A DNA stretch of 64,000 bases, from contig NC_042997.1 of the NCBI RefSeq assembly GCF_006345805.1, positions 42,904,001 through 42,968,000 of the forward strand, in the 5' to 3' direction. The translations under genes and the position numbers were made by a program. Source of the stretch: Octopus sinensis (taxonomy: Eukaryota). Below are positions 36,768-51,276 of this stretch, piece by piece; positions within the stretch are counted from its first letter, which is position 1; each line of letters opens with the position of its first letter. The notes below the pieces were generated by a model. That model saw nothing but the letters and a program-made list of their open reading frames with translations. It did not search any database and was not told where the DNA came from.

Positions 36768-39042
36768 TCTTCCAAGTAGATCAAATTATTCGGCAGGCAT
36801 CGATCTGATCGATTATGTATAGGCCCTTCCCTACAAATTATGATCTTGAATTTATAATTGATAAAAAGATTATTTCTGGGCAAAAATGAAAACTAAGGAC
36901 TAATCTTCAAAACGGTGAATTAGCAGAATAGTTAGAGCACCGGAGAAAATGCCTGCCGTATTAAGTTATTGCCCTTTATGTTCTGAGTTCAAATCCCGCC
37001 GAGGTCAACTTTGCTTTTCATTTTTCCAGACACAAAAGTATTAGTGACGTATTGAGGTGTTTGTTACCTATAATGCCTTGTCGATTGAATCTGTAATTTT
37101 TAATGATTCTTAAGGGTACTGAAAGCGAAAACAAATTATCGTGCCAGAAATAGTAAAGAAGAAACAATATACTAGGATTTGTTTCAAATAAATTTAAGTG
37201 GCAATTTAATGAAATTAAATACAGAAGAGAGAAAAACAAATATTAAATCAAACCAACAGTTTTCAAGTAACAATTTTTAATTGGAATAGTTTAATAATGC
37301 TTTGGAAAACCAAAGGAATAAACTAATTAAAGCCTAGACAGTTGGATCCCATAATTTATCATCATCGTAAAGGCACCACAATTTTTTAAAGTCGTAATTA
37401 ATAACAATTGTTAGGTATTCAATGTCATTAATTAATTTATATATTTTTGTCAGCCTAAAGCACTCGTTAACGCGCTTTTTAATTAGAATCAGTGGATAAC
37501 TACCGCATGTTTTAGTGGTTCAGACGAGTTGTTTTGAAATAGGTGATATGCAGAGAGAAAGAGAGAAAAAATGCTATGTAAAGTATAAGTTTGAAAAATG
37601 ATTTTAAAAAAATTATCTTTATGAAACTTATCTCTCGGAATGCTAACAAACACTAACAACACTACAAGTCAACTTAGAAAGAAGAAAAAACAACTGGAAT
37701 GGCTGCAATCCAAGTAGGTTTCTCCTATTCATAAACTGCCCGATACTAAACTATTCTCGATCACATTAAACTCACTGACAACACGTCCTGTTAGAAATAA
37801 GGGTGAAGATATTAAATGATGACAACGAGTATGAAGGTAAGATATACAACAACGTGGATATAATATATACACAGGACATATTTGTCGAGAAAACCGATGC
37901 GATTGTTTTTTGTGCTTTTTTTTTTTCTTTCTTCGATCAACTTACAAATCGATCTGATATATCTGCATAATATGTCTACATGTATATTTATGCAGTCTTG
38001 ATATTCGTATGCCTGTCTGTCTAAATACAAGCGTACGAAAGATGTATTTTCCTTCTCTCTCTCTCTCTCTCTCTCTCGTAAAGGAAAACAGATTTATGTT
38101 GGTATACTCTCTGGATGGGGCGTGAAAATTGGTGAAATAGTGTATGAAGCTTCTCACTGTAGAAAAGAATGATTTGGTGATGGTGGGGGATAATAATAAT
38201 AATAAAGATTGCTTATGTTGGCTGTGAAAGTGGCGAAAATAATAGGACGTGGGAGGAGAGTAACGGACATGGTCACGTTTAATAGCCGTCTTTTCAGCAG
38301 TAGGACGGCTTTTGCAAAGTGCAGTTTATAGCAAGAGAAGGTGAAAAGGCTGCAGCGACAATAAACGGGCGAAAGAGGACACGTAACACTGGGAAATTAT
38401 CGAAAGTTTATAAGCAGACACTACACAAAAGGTCAACGACATAAGTAAAATGAAAACATACATCATGTCTATCAATAGGGGTACCTTAAAATTTAGAGGC
38501 TTATTCTGTCGCGCCCTACATGATATCACTCTTTGGTCGCTTCTTTTAATGCAGAAATACTTGTTTCTACATTGTCAATCAGAATAAGAGTGAGTGTAGA
38601 AGCGATCGGAAATAGGTGACCCTTTCGAGCATAACAACGTACAACGATAAATAAAAGATGTTAAAATATAGAGGTGACTCTGTGTGTAAAAGAGAGCAGG
38701 GCAAAAAGACGAGCGAGATTTTGGGGTGAGGCATGGCATTTTGTCTGTTAGTGAACCGTATGTGTTACTGTTGACAGGTTCGATAAATTTACAAGCAATA
38801 AGAATAAATATAGAAGTGATGTTGTGTTAAACAACACATAGACACAGGCCTGCGTATACAGTTCAAGATAAGTGTTTCTCAGTAAGAAACTGTTTTCGGA
38901 GATACAGACAAAATAATCGATAGTGAACACATTTGAAGAAAAGAATATGCCAGAAATCTAAAACATTTGCAAAAAGAGGAAGGAAAGGAGGAGAAGTGGT
39001 GGTAATGTTGGCCACTGTAAATAATTGTCTCTCTCCACTCAC

Positions 39043-39063
39043 CTGTCCTTTACTGACGGCGAC
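39043..39063 (-). other. Candidate 21-nt exon (or 111-nt form to 39153), probably non-coding
   Basis: Consensus donor CAG|gtgagt; acceptors ggttttgtag or ctctgttcag. Confidence 0.3.
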
Positions 39064-40120
39064 CTACAAAACCATTCCAAGTGCAGATAGATATAAACAG
39101 CACATTGAGGCATCTGTCACACATTCACATGCTGCTGGGACACTATCGATGATCTGAACAGAGAATCTATCATTTGCAATGCAAAAATATTGAAGAATAT
39201 CGACGAGTAAAAGCGACTGGGTGGGAGAGAGAGATAGAATGAAGGTAACCCTATTGCTAGGTACAGTTCTACAAAATTGCAAAAGTAAAGTAATGATAGT
39301 TTGTATGTGTATATGTTATGTGGGCAACCTATGCATTACACAAGATATATTTATATATATATATCCAAAGCATGTACATGTTTATAGGAAAGAGAAGTGA
39401 CACACTAATCACCATTACATCACAGAAATGATAGCAAGAGATCATTACATAGACAAACAACTTCAGTGTGTGTGTGTGTGTGTGTATTGCTACATGTTTC
39501 TCCATTTTCATGGTCTGACAGTCTGCATGTTGTTTACTCGTGTATGCAAATCTATAGAACCAAATCGAAGCATATCTAGATTGATTCGCCTTCGCACAGA
39601 CATACCAACCACACACACACACACACGAATAACATACTGTGTATGAGACATTGATGCAAACACACACACACACACTTAGACATGTGTGTGTGTGTTTAAA
39701 ATTTAACAAAAACAACGATCACAAAGAGAAAAAAATTGAATTAAAACAAAATAAATGATGGGGGAAAGATAAAATGCGACAGAAAAATCAAAAGAGAAAG
39801 AAAGAAAACGAATTTATATGGAGAGAGAAGAGAAATAGGGTAAAATATGTAAAAGGATAGAAAGAAAGAGAGAGAAATCGAGAAAGAAAAGGATAAAGCG
39901 GCAAAAATATGGTTAAATGACATAAAATAAATTATAGAATGATTAATAGCGGAGGGTAAAATGAAATAAAAAGGGAAAAAGAAACGTTTGGTGTTAATAA
40001 AGGAAGGAAAAAGAAAGACAATATAATTCACCTGGTCTTTTCTGAGTATGTGTACGAAATACGGAATCCAATGTTGATGTGTATATATATATATATATGT
40101 ATGTATATATGTATATATAT

Positions 40121-40338
40121 GAGAGAGAGAGAGAGAGAAGTAGTATATAAGCGATGCTTTGTAAAGAGACCAAGAGAAGGAGGGCTGGCTGTTTTTACAC
40201 ACACGGCGCGGCAACTCTATACATCCAAAGTAAGCCAGACACACAGATCTGACGTCTTATATAGACACACATGTAATATACATACATACACACACACACA
40301 CACACATATACATATACATATACATATATACTTAATAC

Positions 40339-40374
<36 letters not shown>

Positions 40375-40417
40375 TTTATTTACAGACACACACACACAAC
40401 ATAATTGTATATGTGCG

Positions 40418-40476
<59 letters not shown>

Positions 40477-41226
40477 ATATGTGAACTATGTGTACATAGA
40501 TACACAGCAAGCTCGGCATGCACTGTTTGGAGATAGAAGGAAAAAAGAGGGGGGGGCGGGGCGCTATGGTAACAACGTAGACACTATTCGCGACACTAAG
40601 TGCTGCTGTTTCTTGCCTGATCACTGTGCAAGCCCAGGAGTGAAGTTTAGGCAAGTAGTAGTAGTAGTAGCAGCAGTGAGGTACTATGTGTGTATTAGTC
40701 GTTCGGTGGTAGTAGTAGTATTATTAGCAATAGTACTTACTATGCTATGTTTAATAAATAAATAAATAAATAAATATAACTGCGGCCCTACATAGTAAAA
40801 GTAGTTTTTTTTTTGTTTTCGTCGGAATTTTTGTTGAGTTTTTTTTTTGTTTTCGTCGGAATTTTTGTTGAGTTTTTTTTGTCTTTTTTTCGTCTTTTTT
40901 TTATATATCTGCTTTTCTACTTACTACTTCATTGTACTAACACACTAACAGGAATGGTTTTGTTTCGTACATATTTAACAGAACCATTCGCAGATTAGAG
41001 AGGAGAGAGAGAGAGAGAGAAGTAGTATATAAGCGATGCTTTGTAAAGAGACCAAGAGAAGGAGGGCTGGCTGTTTTTACACACACGGCGCGGCAACTCT
41101 ATACATCCAAAGTAAGCCAGACACACAGATCTGACGTCTTATATAGACACACATGTAATATACATACATACACACACACACACACACATACACATATACA
41201 TATACATATACATATATACTTAATAC

Positions 41227-41264
<38 letters not shown>

Positions 41265-41313
41265 TTTATTTACAGACACACACACACAACATAATTGTAT
41301 ATGTGCGCGTGTG

Positions 41314-41356
<43 letters not shown>

Positions 41357-41850
41357 ATATGTGAACTATGTGTACATAGATACACAGCAAGCTCGGCATG
41401 CACTGTTTGGAGATAGAAGGAAAAAAGAGGGGGGGCGGGGCGCTATGGTAACAACGTAGACACTATTCGCGACACTAAGTGCTGCTTTCTTGCCTGATCA
41501 CTGTGCAAGCCCAGGAGTGAAGTTTAGGCAAGTAGTAGTAGTAGTAGTAGCAGCAGCAGCAGTGAGGTACTATGTGTGTATTAGTCGTTCGGTGGTGGTA
41601 GTAGTATTATTAGCAATAGTACTTACTATGCTATGTTTAATAAATAAATAAATAAATAAATATAACTGCGGCCCTACATAGTAAAAGTAGTTTTTTTTTT
41701 GTTTTCGTCGGAATTTTTGTTGAGTTTTTTTTTGTCTTTTTTTCGTCTTTTTTTTTATATATCTGCTTTTCTACTTACTACTTCATTGTACTAACACACT
41801 AACAGGAATGGTTTTGTTTCGTACATATTTAACAGAACCATTCGCAGATT

Positions 41851-41875
<25 letters not shown>
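40121..41875. repeat. Tandem duplication of an ~870-bp unit bounded by (GA)n
   Basis: 40141 aligns to 41023 (offset 882) and 40981 to 41835 (offset 854); copies differ mainly in microsatellite lengths and small indels. Confidence 0.95.
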
Positions 41876-41882
<7 letters not shown>

Positions 41883-42004
41883 AACAGCTCACGGTGGCGG
41901 AGATGATGATGGTGTAGCGTCCGTAGCACCAGTGGTGGTGGCGGCGGCGGTGATAGTTTATAGCGAGCGTCCGTAACAGTAGTAGTGGCAGTGGAAGCAG
42001 CGAG

Positions 42005-42240
42005 ACACACACACTCTCTCTCTCTCTCTCACACACACACTCTCTCACACACACTCTCTCTCTCACACTCACACACATACACTCTCTCTCTCTCTCTCAC
42101 ACACACTCTCTCTCTCACACACACACACTCTCTCTCACACACTCTCACACACACACACACCCTCTCTCTCACACACACACACACTCACACACACACACAC
42201 ACTCTCTCACACACACACACACTCTCTCTCTCTCTCTCGC
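42005..42240. repeat. Compound (CA)n/(CT)n microsatellite
   Basis: Direct reading. Confidence 0.95.
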
Positions 42241-42539
42241 TATCTGTATATCGCTCTCACTTTCCGCTCTTTCTTTCTCGCTCTCACTTTATCTATCTAT
42301 CTATCTATCTCTAATCGCTCGACCTGCTGGCAATAGCAGCCAGATTATCCCTCAAAATCCCTGTCGTGTGAGTCTTTGAATGAAAATAAAGTATATATAA
42401 AAAATAACACTTGATTAATGTTTGCCCGAGTTCAACACCTCCTCCCCACAAATAGGCGGGATGGTCGTGGGTGGCTTGTTCGATCAGAGATGCTGGGATG
42501 GGGGGGGTGAATATATGCAACAACAACAACAACATTTAA

Positions 42540-42876
42540 CAGTAGTATTAGTAGTAGTAGTAGTACTAATACAAGTGTTTACGGTGGTGGCGGCGGTGCA
42601 GTTTGTAACGCCTGCAACAACAGCAACTACAACAGACAAGTAATAAGTAGTAGTAGTAGTAGTAGTAGTAGCAGTAGTGGTAGTAGAAATAGTAGTAGTA
42701 GTAGTAGTAGCAGTTGTAGTAGTAGTAGTAGTAGTAGTGGTGGTAGTAGTAGTAATAGTAATAGTAGTAGTAATAGTAGTAGTAGTAGTAGTGATAGTAG
42801 TAGTAGTAATAGTAGTAGTAGTAGTAATAGTAGTAGTAGTAATAGTAGTAGTAATAGTAGTAGTAGTAGTAGTAGT
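42540..42876. repeat. Interrupted (AGT)n trinucleotide array
   Basis: Direct reading. Confidence 0.95.
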
Positions 42877-43291
42877 TGTTTAGGGGTTGCTGTAGGGTCA
42901 ATAGCGTCCGTAGTAGCAGCAGCACAAACAGTAGCAAGTAGCAGTATTAGTAGATTAAAGTACTAGTGGGTGTGGTGGGAGTAGTAATTAACAGTCGTGG
43001 TGGTGTTGTCGTCGTCGTCGTCGTCGTGGTTGCAGTTGAAACTAGTATCGTCTGCTGCAAAGGGTGGCGGTGGCGGTGGCGGTGGCGGTGGGGGCAGTGT
43101 TTGGTAAAATGCCTGAATAGTTTTGCAAGGGATTTCTTTTTGGGTTGGGGGGTATTGCCTAAATGCGACTGCATCGATGATGGTGACATTTAACGCTTTT
43201 TTAAGGAAGGGTGCAATTTAAAAAAAACAATTTTTTTTTTTTTTTTTACATAAGCTGTGTATTTAGAAGTCGCCCTTACACAATACAAATA

Positions 43292-43325
43292 CACACACTC
43301 TCTCTCTCTCTCACACACACACACA

Positions 43326-43357
<32 letters not shown>

Positions 43358-43866
43358 CTCACACGCACACACCACACACTCTCTCTCTCTCACACATACA
43401 CACTCTCTCACACGCACACACACACACTCTCTCTCTCTCACACACACACACTCTCTCACACGCACACACACACACACACTCTCTCTCACACACACACACA
43501 CACTCTCTCTCTCACACACACTCTCACACACACACACTCACACACACACACACTCTCACACGCACACACTCACTCACACATACACACACACTCTCTCTCT
43601 CTCACACACACTCTCTCTCTCTCACACACACACACTCTCTCACACGCACACACACACACTCTCTCTCTCTCACACACACACACACTCTCACACGCACACA
43701 CACACACACACACTCTCTCTCACACACACACACACACTCTCTCTCACACACACTCTCACACACACACACTCACACACACACACACTCCACACACACACAC
43801 TCTCACACACACACACACACACACTCTCACACTCACACACTCTCACACTCACACACACACACTCTC

Positions 43867-43903
<37 letters not shown>

Positions 43904-43942
43904 CACACTCACACACACACACACTCACACACACACGCACAC
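43292..43942. repeat. Compound (CA)n/(CT)n microsatellite, ~650 bp
   Basis: Direct reading; source of the HT/SL-repeat ORFs. Confidence 0.97.
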
Positions 43943-44274
43943 AGTGCTATCCTAGATTTGTTAAGAGAAGGCAATAAGTTGTGCCTTTCCGATGTGCACC
44001 GGTGATACCAATCGGAATCACCTGCGAATTGCACCGTTGCACACGCGCGCGCGCACATACCCATGCACATCACATTCGTCCTTCTGAAAATGACCAGATT
44101 AGTAACTTTACTCTTCGTGGGTGATGAGGTGGGTTACCAGGCCAATACTGGCTTAAGATATTGGTAACCCCGTGGTCACAGTTGGGAGCACTGCATAACC
44201 TAATTAGACCCTGGCTGGATTCTTACTTTGTATGGTGATCTTCTCTCACTCTCTCTCTCTCTCTCTGTCTCCAT

Positions 44275-44275
44275 T

Positions 44276-44334
<59 letters not shown>

Positions 44335-44455
44335 TGATTGAGATAGATAGATGATAGATAGATAGATTGAGATAGATAGATAGATAGATAGATTGAGATA
44401 GATAGATAGATAGATAGATAGATTGAGATAGATAGATAGATAGATAGATAGATTG

Positions 44456-44511
<56 letters not shown>

Positions 44512-44529
44512 TGATAGATAGATATATTG

Positions 44530-44581
<52 letters not shown>

Positions 44582-44583
44582 TG

Positions 44584-44627
<44 letters not shown>
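44275..44627. repeat. (GATA)n array with recurrent TTGA variant
   Basis: Direct reading. Confidence 0.97.
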
Positions 44628-44817
44628 GCACACACGCACCAGCATATTTTCAAAGCAGACCTCCAGCTCAAACCTGCCCGTTATAAATACCTATTTATGA
44701 TCAATCTTAGCTGTTCAGGTTGCAAGCTAACTGTACACACAGGCATAACACTATGTATACATATTGTTATCATGTAAAGATGCATAAACCGAATTTTGTA
44801 CCCAAGTCGGATTTAGG

Positions 44818-44863
<46 letters not shown>

Positions 44864-46230
44864 CTCTCTCTCTCTCTCTCTCTCCATATATGTCTCTGTG
44901 AGTGTGTTTCACTTGTTTCAGCCATTGGACTGCGGCCATACTGGGGCATCGCCTTAATGGGTTTACTCGACGAAATCAACTTCCGTACTCATTTTGACGG
45001 CCTGTTACTTATTTTATCGGTGGTTTTTTACCGAACCGTTATGTTACGGGAATGTAAACAATGTAATGCTGATTGCCAAGCGGAGTCGGAGGACATGCAA
45101 ACACGCGACGGTTTTCCGCCGAGGTCGACTTTGCCTTTCGTCCTTTCGGGGTCGATAAATTAAGGACCAGTTACGCACTGGGGTCGATATAATCGACTTA
45201 ATCCGTTTGTCTGTCCTTGTTTGTCCACTCCGTGTTTAGCCCCTTGTGGGTAGTAGAGAAATAGGTTTTTCTGTCTACCAAGGTTTTGGTTGGCCCGGGA
45301 CTCTAAACAGATTACACTTGTCCAAGGTGTCACTGAACCCGAAACCACTTAATTGCGGAGCGAGTTTCTAATTACACAGCTATGCCTGCGCCATGTCTAC
45401 AAAATGAATGTAACCCGCCAAGCACTTGCCGAGATTCGATTACTATTTACATGTATTGAACGATTTTTGCTGAACACACCAGCATGGAAAAATAATGGAA
45501 AATGCTTTACACCGGAGTGTTTTCTATTTTCCTGTATCGTACACAAAGAAGACGACAAATTTGACAACCTGTGGCTTATTATGAAAGTGTGCGCACATGC
45601 TAATAAATAGAAATGTAATAAAATGTTATAATTGTAATATAGAGGGCAAAGAAGAAGAGAAAACGCTAGGTAGTTTATATATACGTTTATATATAGATAT
45701 TTCTATGCGTGTGCGTGTGTGATATCTGTGCGTGTGTTTATAGTTGTATGTATACGCATGTAACTGTTTATATAACTGCCTCTCCTCCCCCCCCCTTATA
45801 TTTGTCACTGTGAGTATATTTATATCTGTAGCTATAAATCTGTTCGTGTACGTGTGTGTATACATATATGTGTGTGTGTGCGTGTATGTACATACATACA
45901 TACATACATGTATGTATATTACATGCACACAAACATGCGCGCGCGCGCACAGGCACAAGCACGCATTGTGACGCATTGGCGACGAATGTGGAAAAAAAAA
46001 AGCAGATAGAAATAATAATCAAAAGCAGGTCGCGAACCCCATTTGATGAAAACAGTACACCCACCATCATGCCACCATGACATCATCTATCTATCTATCT
46101 ATCTATCTATAATATCTATGAACAAATGTTTGTGTGTGTGTGTGTGTGTTTATATATATATATTATGTATATATATACTCACAAACATTTGTTCATAGAC
46201 ATATTACATACGATCATTAATTTATATATA

Positions 46231-46267
<37 letters not shown>

Positions 46268-46435
46268 CATACATATATATACATATAATATACAAACACA
46301 CACACATATATATATACATATATATTACATAACATATATATATATATACATATATATATATGCATATATATATATACATTATATATATACATATATTCGT
46401 CTTTTGTTTATTTTCATAAAGCTTCCCGTTTATAT

Positions 46436-46471
<36 letters not shown>

Positions 46472-46515
46472 CATATATAATACATATAATATACATATAT
46501 ATATATATACATATA

Positions 46516-46546
<31 letters not shown>

Positions 46547-46568
46547 CATATATATATATCACACATAT

Positions 46569-46614
<46 letters not shown>

Positions 46615-46625
46615 GTATAATATTG

Positions 46626-47212
46626 TATTTATTTCAATCATTAAACTGCGGCCATGCTGGGGCATCGCTTTGAAGAATTTTTAGTCGAATGAATCGACCT
46701 CACTACTTATTTTTTAAAAACTTGGTACCTACTACATCGTTTTCTTTTTGCCGAACCGCTAGTCCACAGCGATGTAAACACACCAACACCGGTTGTCAAG
46801 CGGTGGTGGAGAATAAACCAAACACGAAAACACATAGACTTATATATATATATAGTCCAAATTTATAGAAAATAAAAGACGAAGACAGGTGAAGGAATAA
46901 CAAGCAGGTGTGTTAGTTTAACGCTCGGGAAAAATGGAAAAGTCTTTGACGTTTCGAGCCTAGGCTCATCGTCGGAAAAGATTAAGAGAGGAAAAAACGG
47001 TGAGAGAAGGAAAAAAACAAAACGGACAGACACGAAAATGTGTAGGGATTAACAGTTCAACGTGATGATATATACGAGGGGCTTCTTTTAATTTCGTCTA
47101 CCAAATCCACTCTCAAGGCTTTGGGAAGACACTTCCCCTGGGTGCCACGCAGTGGGGCTGAACCCGTAACCATGAGGCTGGGAAGCAAGATCTTTACCAC
47201 AAAGTCACGCTG
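46626..47212 (-). mobile_element. SINE family A split at its internal (TA)n by a hammerhead-bearing insert
   Basis: 3' half at 46626-46850 and 5' half at about 47075-47212, both minus strand. Confidence 0.75.
46860..47060 (-). mobile_element. Penelope-like terminal-repeat fragment with minimal hammerhead motif (46943-46981)
   Basis: Minus strand TCTTTT-CCGACGA-T-GAGC(CTAG)GCTC-GAAA-CGTC-AAAGA; palindromic helix III ACGT; same family as 6470-6630. Confidence 0.7.
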
Positions 47213-47222
47213 CACATATATG

Positions 47223-47267
<45 letters not shown>

Positions 47268-47286
47268 TTATATATATACATACATA

Positions 47287-47328
<42 letters not shown>

Positions 47329-47361
47329 GTATATATATGTATATATATATATATATATATA

Positions 47362-47761
47362 TCTTTATATATAAAAGTGAAGTTGTGTGAGTGGTCTGTC
47401 TCCTACGATTTAGATTCTAACTACTCCCACATTTTGCGGTGCAGTTTAACCAAAACCAGGTATCTTATAGTCCTGATTCATATCGAGCCCTTCTGGGTAT
47501 TAGCGCGCGTCTACGAATAGTCTACGATTTAAAAAAAAATTTACCATCATTTTTTTCATTTTTAATGCATTTTTCGCTATTATATAAGGGAAGTAACTCT
47601 CTAAAAATGTCTACGATAAGTCAACGATTTAAAAAAAATTTACCATAATTTTTTTTCCATTTTTAATGCATTTTTTAGCTATTTTTTGGCTATAACTCTC
47701 TAAAAATGCTTATATAGTTATTTCCCTTACAAACCCAAGCAACGCCGGGTGATACTGCTAG
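47362..47761 (+). mobile_element. Non-autonomous Helitron
   Basis: A|TC...hairpin ACCC-AAGCAACGCC-GGGT...CTAG|T; homologous to 21837-22350. Confidence 0.85.
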
Positions 47762-48009
47762 TATATATATTTTATTTCTTATTTCATTCTTTTTATTCTT
47801 TTGTGTCAGTCATTTGACTGTGATCATGCTGGAGCACCACCTTTAGTCAAACAAATCAACCCCAGGACTGATTCTTTGTAAGCGTAGTATTTATTCTATC
47901 GTTCTCTTTTTGTCGAAGCGCTAAGTTACAGGGACATAAACACATCAACAACGGTTGTCAAGCGATAGTGGGCGGACAAACAAACACACACACACTCACA
48001 CACACATAC

Positions 48010-48025
48010 AGACACACACGCACGC

Positions 48026-48111
<86 letters not shown>

Positions 48112-48271
48112 ATATATATATATAGACTACATACATTATATATATATACATATATATATGTATATATGTATATATATATATATATCCATACATACATATA
48201 TATATATTATTATATATATAGTATATATATATCTATATATATATATATATAGTATATATATATATTGTATC

Positions 48272-48302
<31 letters not shown>

Positions 48303-48343
48303 CTGTATATATATATATAGATGTATATATATATATATGTATA

Positions 48344-48376
<33 letters not shown>

Positions 48377-48428
48377 GTATATATATATAGATATGTATAA
48401 ATATAATATATATATATATATATAAATA

Positions 48429-48475
<47 letters not shown>

Positions 48476-48500
48476 TATATGTATATATATGTATATAATA
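48010..48500. repeat. Long degenerate (TA)n array following a SINE A 3' half (47775-48010)
   Basis: Direct reading. Confidence 0.95.
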
Positions 48501-48502
48501 TT

Positions 48503-51092
48503 TGATGCTTTGATACTTTGATAGGTTTCGGCCCATTATGGCCCAGGCCATGTCTAACTTAATAGCACCACCTGGTGAAGTCTTTCAGTCAGAATTTGGG
48601 CACTATGGCCCACTCAGTAGAGAGTTATTGTTTACAGAGACATATCCGGGTGTAGGGGGTTTTATCCGGGATTTCTTGAAGGAATCTGTCCAAAACTTCT
48701 TGAACCCTATAGGGTCAGTTTCTGTTTTAATGTGTTTTGGTGTAATGTTAAAGAGAGCGGGCCAATTGAGGTGAAATAATTGTGCAGTATTGTTTGTTAT
48801 GAGATGAGAGTGCGATTTTTGTTTTGGGCGATGGCACGGGGCCCATGCCTTGGATGTACCTTGAAGGTGATGCCACATCATTTGGGCATGCTGATGGAAT
48901 ATTTTCCACATCATGCAGATGATGTAGCGCTCACGACGACGTTGGAGAGAATAGAGTTTTAGCTTTTCTAGTCGACCCCAATAGTCGAGGCCTGTCATGC
49001 CATCTATCTTTTGTGATTGCCCTTTGAGGTGCTTCAACTTTTATGATACCTTGTATTGTGTGGGGAGACCACAGTGGACAACAGTATTCAAGGTGGGGTC
49101 GGGCAAAAGTGGAGAAGAGAAGGATAATGTGTGGATATCTCTCGACTGGAAAGTTCTGAGAATCCAGGAACACATTCTGCGGGCCATGTCAACTTTGGTG
49201 TTTATATGAGTGGCCCAGCTTATGTTGTTGTCCACAATTACTCCCAAGTCTCTGATGTTGTTGGACGCCGCGAGAGTTTCACCTGAAGGAAGGAGTATGG
49301 GATTTTCAGGGCATCCTCTTTTCCAAAGTGGATTAGCTCAAATTTATCCTCGTCAGCAGCATATTGTTTTTTTTCTGCCCATGTGGATAACAGCCAGTAG
49401 ATCTGACTGAAGGCATGTCCGGTCACCCGCCTCATTTATGACCTTCTGTAGCTTGGAGTCTCTGCAAAAGATTTTTATGTTGCTGTGCTTCATGATGTCA
49501 TTAATGTCATTAATGTAAATGATGAAAAGAATGGGCCCAGCACAGTGCCTTGCGGAACGCCACTACTGACTTTGGCTGGGCTTGATTTTACCCCTTCAAC
49601 TACAACATGTTGAGATCTGTCTGTCAGGAAACACTTGAATCCATTCAGTAACTTTCCAGAGACACCAATGTTGGATAGTTTTTTCCAATAGGATCTTGTG
49701 ATCGACCCTGTCGAAGGCCTTACTGAAATCAAGGTAGATGACATCGGTGTTGGAAGCCCTCTCCCAAAGCTCTCAAAATGTCCTCAAAGTGATGCAGGAG
49801 CTGCGTTAGGCAGTCCCTTCCATTACGGAACCCATGTTGGTTGGAGATCACCGTCTGTTGCTTTCCAGAAATTGGGTTATATTCGAGATCTCACCACCCT
49901 CTCAAATACTTGATGATATGAGAGGTGACTGAGATTGGACGGTAATTCACTGCAGGGACTTGTTTCCCTTTTTGAAAACTGGGACAACAGACTGGGACAG
50001 AAGGTTTTTTTGGAATATAGCCAGCATCCAGTGAGTTTCTCCACAGATTAGCAAGGGAGATGCAAGTTGGTGTCGACACACCTTCAGGACACAGCAGGGA
50101 ACCTATCGGGCCTACTGCTGAATTGTGTTTTTATTTCGTTTATCGCCGCTAAGACATCAGGGGCACTAAACGTTATGTCCGATATAGTTTGGGGGTTGAC
50201 ATCACTGATACAGCCCAGATCAGCCATATCAGGATTGCTGAAAACAGAGCAGTATTGTTTCTGCAGTATCTCGGCCATGGATTTGGCATTATCTTGGAGA
50301 GTGCCAGTTTCGTCAATTAGAGGGCCTACAGTGGAGACAGTGACCCTGCGTTTCCTCGCAAATGAAAAGAACACTTTGGGGTTGAGTTTGATTTTTTCAA
50401 TGGCCCACTTTCTCCTCAGCTGATCTTTGGTTATTGATGAGGTCTTCATGCTTGTTGGTAGGTTATATTTTTTATATTCAAGCAGTGCGATAGCCGTCGA
50501 ATGTGTGTGTTGCTGTTGGCAGTACTTTAGTTTGTTAATTTTTTTGTTTGTTCTTTTTATTTTTTCTGATAATGGTTTTTGTTTTGGGGGATTCTGCACT
50601 TTTTGTTCACAGGTCTTGGGGGGGAGTGTTTTGCACATATGTCTGTGACGGTGTCTACAAAGATCTGCCAAGATGTTTTATGGTTGGTGGAGATGTGTGT
50701 ATGTGTAAAGGACCAGTCACATGTGATAGCTCGTTCTGATTGCATCCCAGTTGGCATTATGGAGATCCATGTTGTCAAATGGGTGGGCTGGAGGAAGGTC
50801 ACTAGATTAGCTTTCGGCTGGTGGAATTTCATGTTACAGAGAACCATGTCATGGTCTGAAAGAAGGTTTTTTCCACTGTAACGTTATGCATAGTTTTAGT
50901 GTGGTTACTAAACACTAGGTCCAAAATTTTTCTGATGTCTTGTTGGTGCAAGGACAAGTTGGGACAAGAAAACTCATTCGTAAAGTCGAAAAGTGACTCT
51001 GCTGCTTCTTTGTCAGCGGTTGAGGCGGGAGTGCTTGGTTTCAAACAGTTGTAGTCCAGTCAACACAGGGTAGATTGAAGTCTCCCCATATT
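48503..51092 (-). mobile_element. 5'-truncated CR1/L2-type LINE (ORF2 with frameshifts)
   Basis: WGDFNLP endonuclease end, VNYRPISVTSH, YLDFSKAFDRV, SGVPQGTVLGP; 3' tail (ATCAAAGT)-like repeats. Confidence 0.93.
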
Positions 51093-51212
51093 GTTATATC
51101 TATATGTATATATGTATGTATATGTATATATATATGTGTATATATATATATACATACATACATATATATATATATTATATATAGATATATATATATATAT
51201 AATATATATATA

Positions 51213-51249
<37 letters not shown>

Positions 51250-51276
51250 CATACATATATATATTATATATAATAT

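Larger units (their letters stand above)
36200..45900. promoter_or_regulatory. CpG-richer, promoter/5'-leader-like domain upstream of the minus-strand gene
   Basis: Visibly more CG dinucleotides in unique sequence than in 1-36 kb; CRE-like TGACGTC (40250), GC box GGGGCGGGGC (about 40553) and TATATAAG (40144). Qualitative only. Confidence 0.35.
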
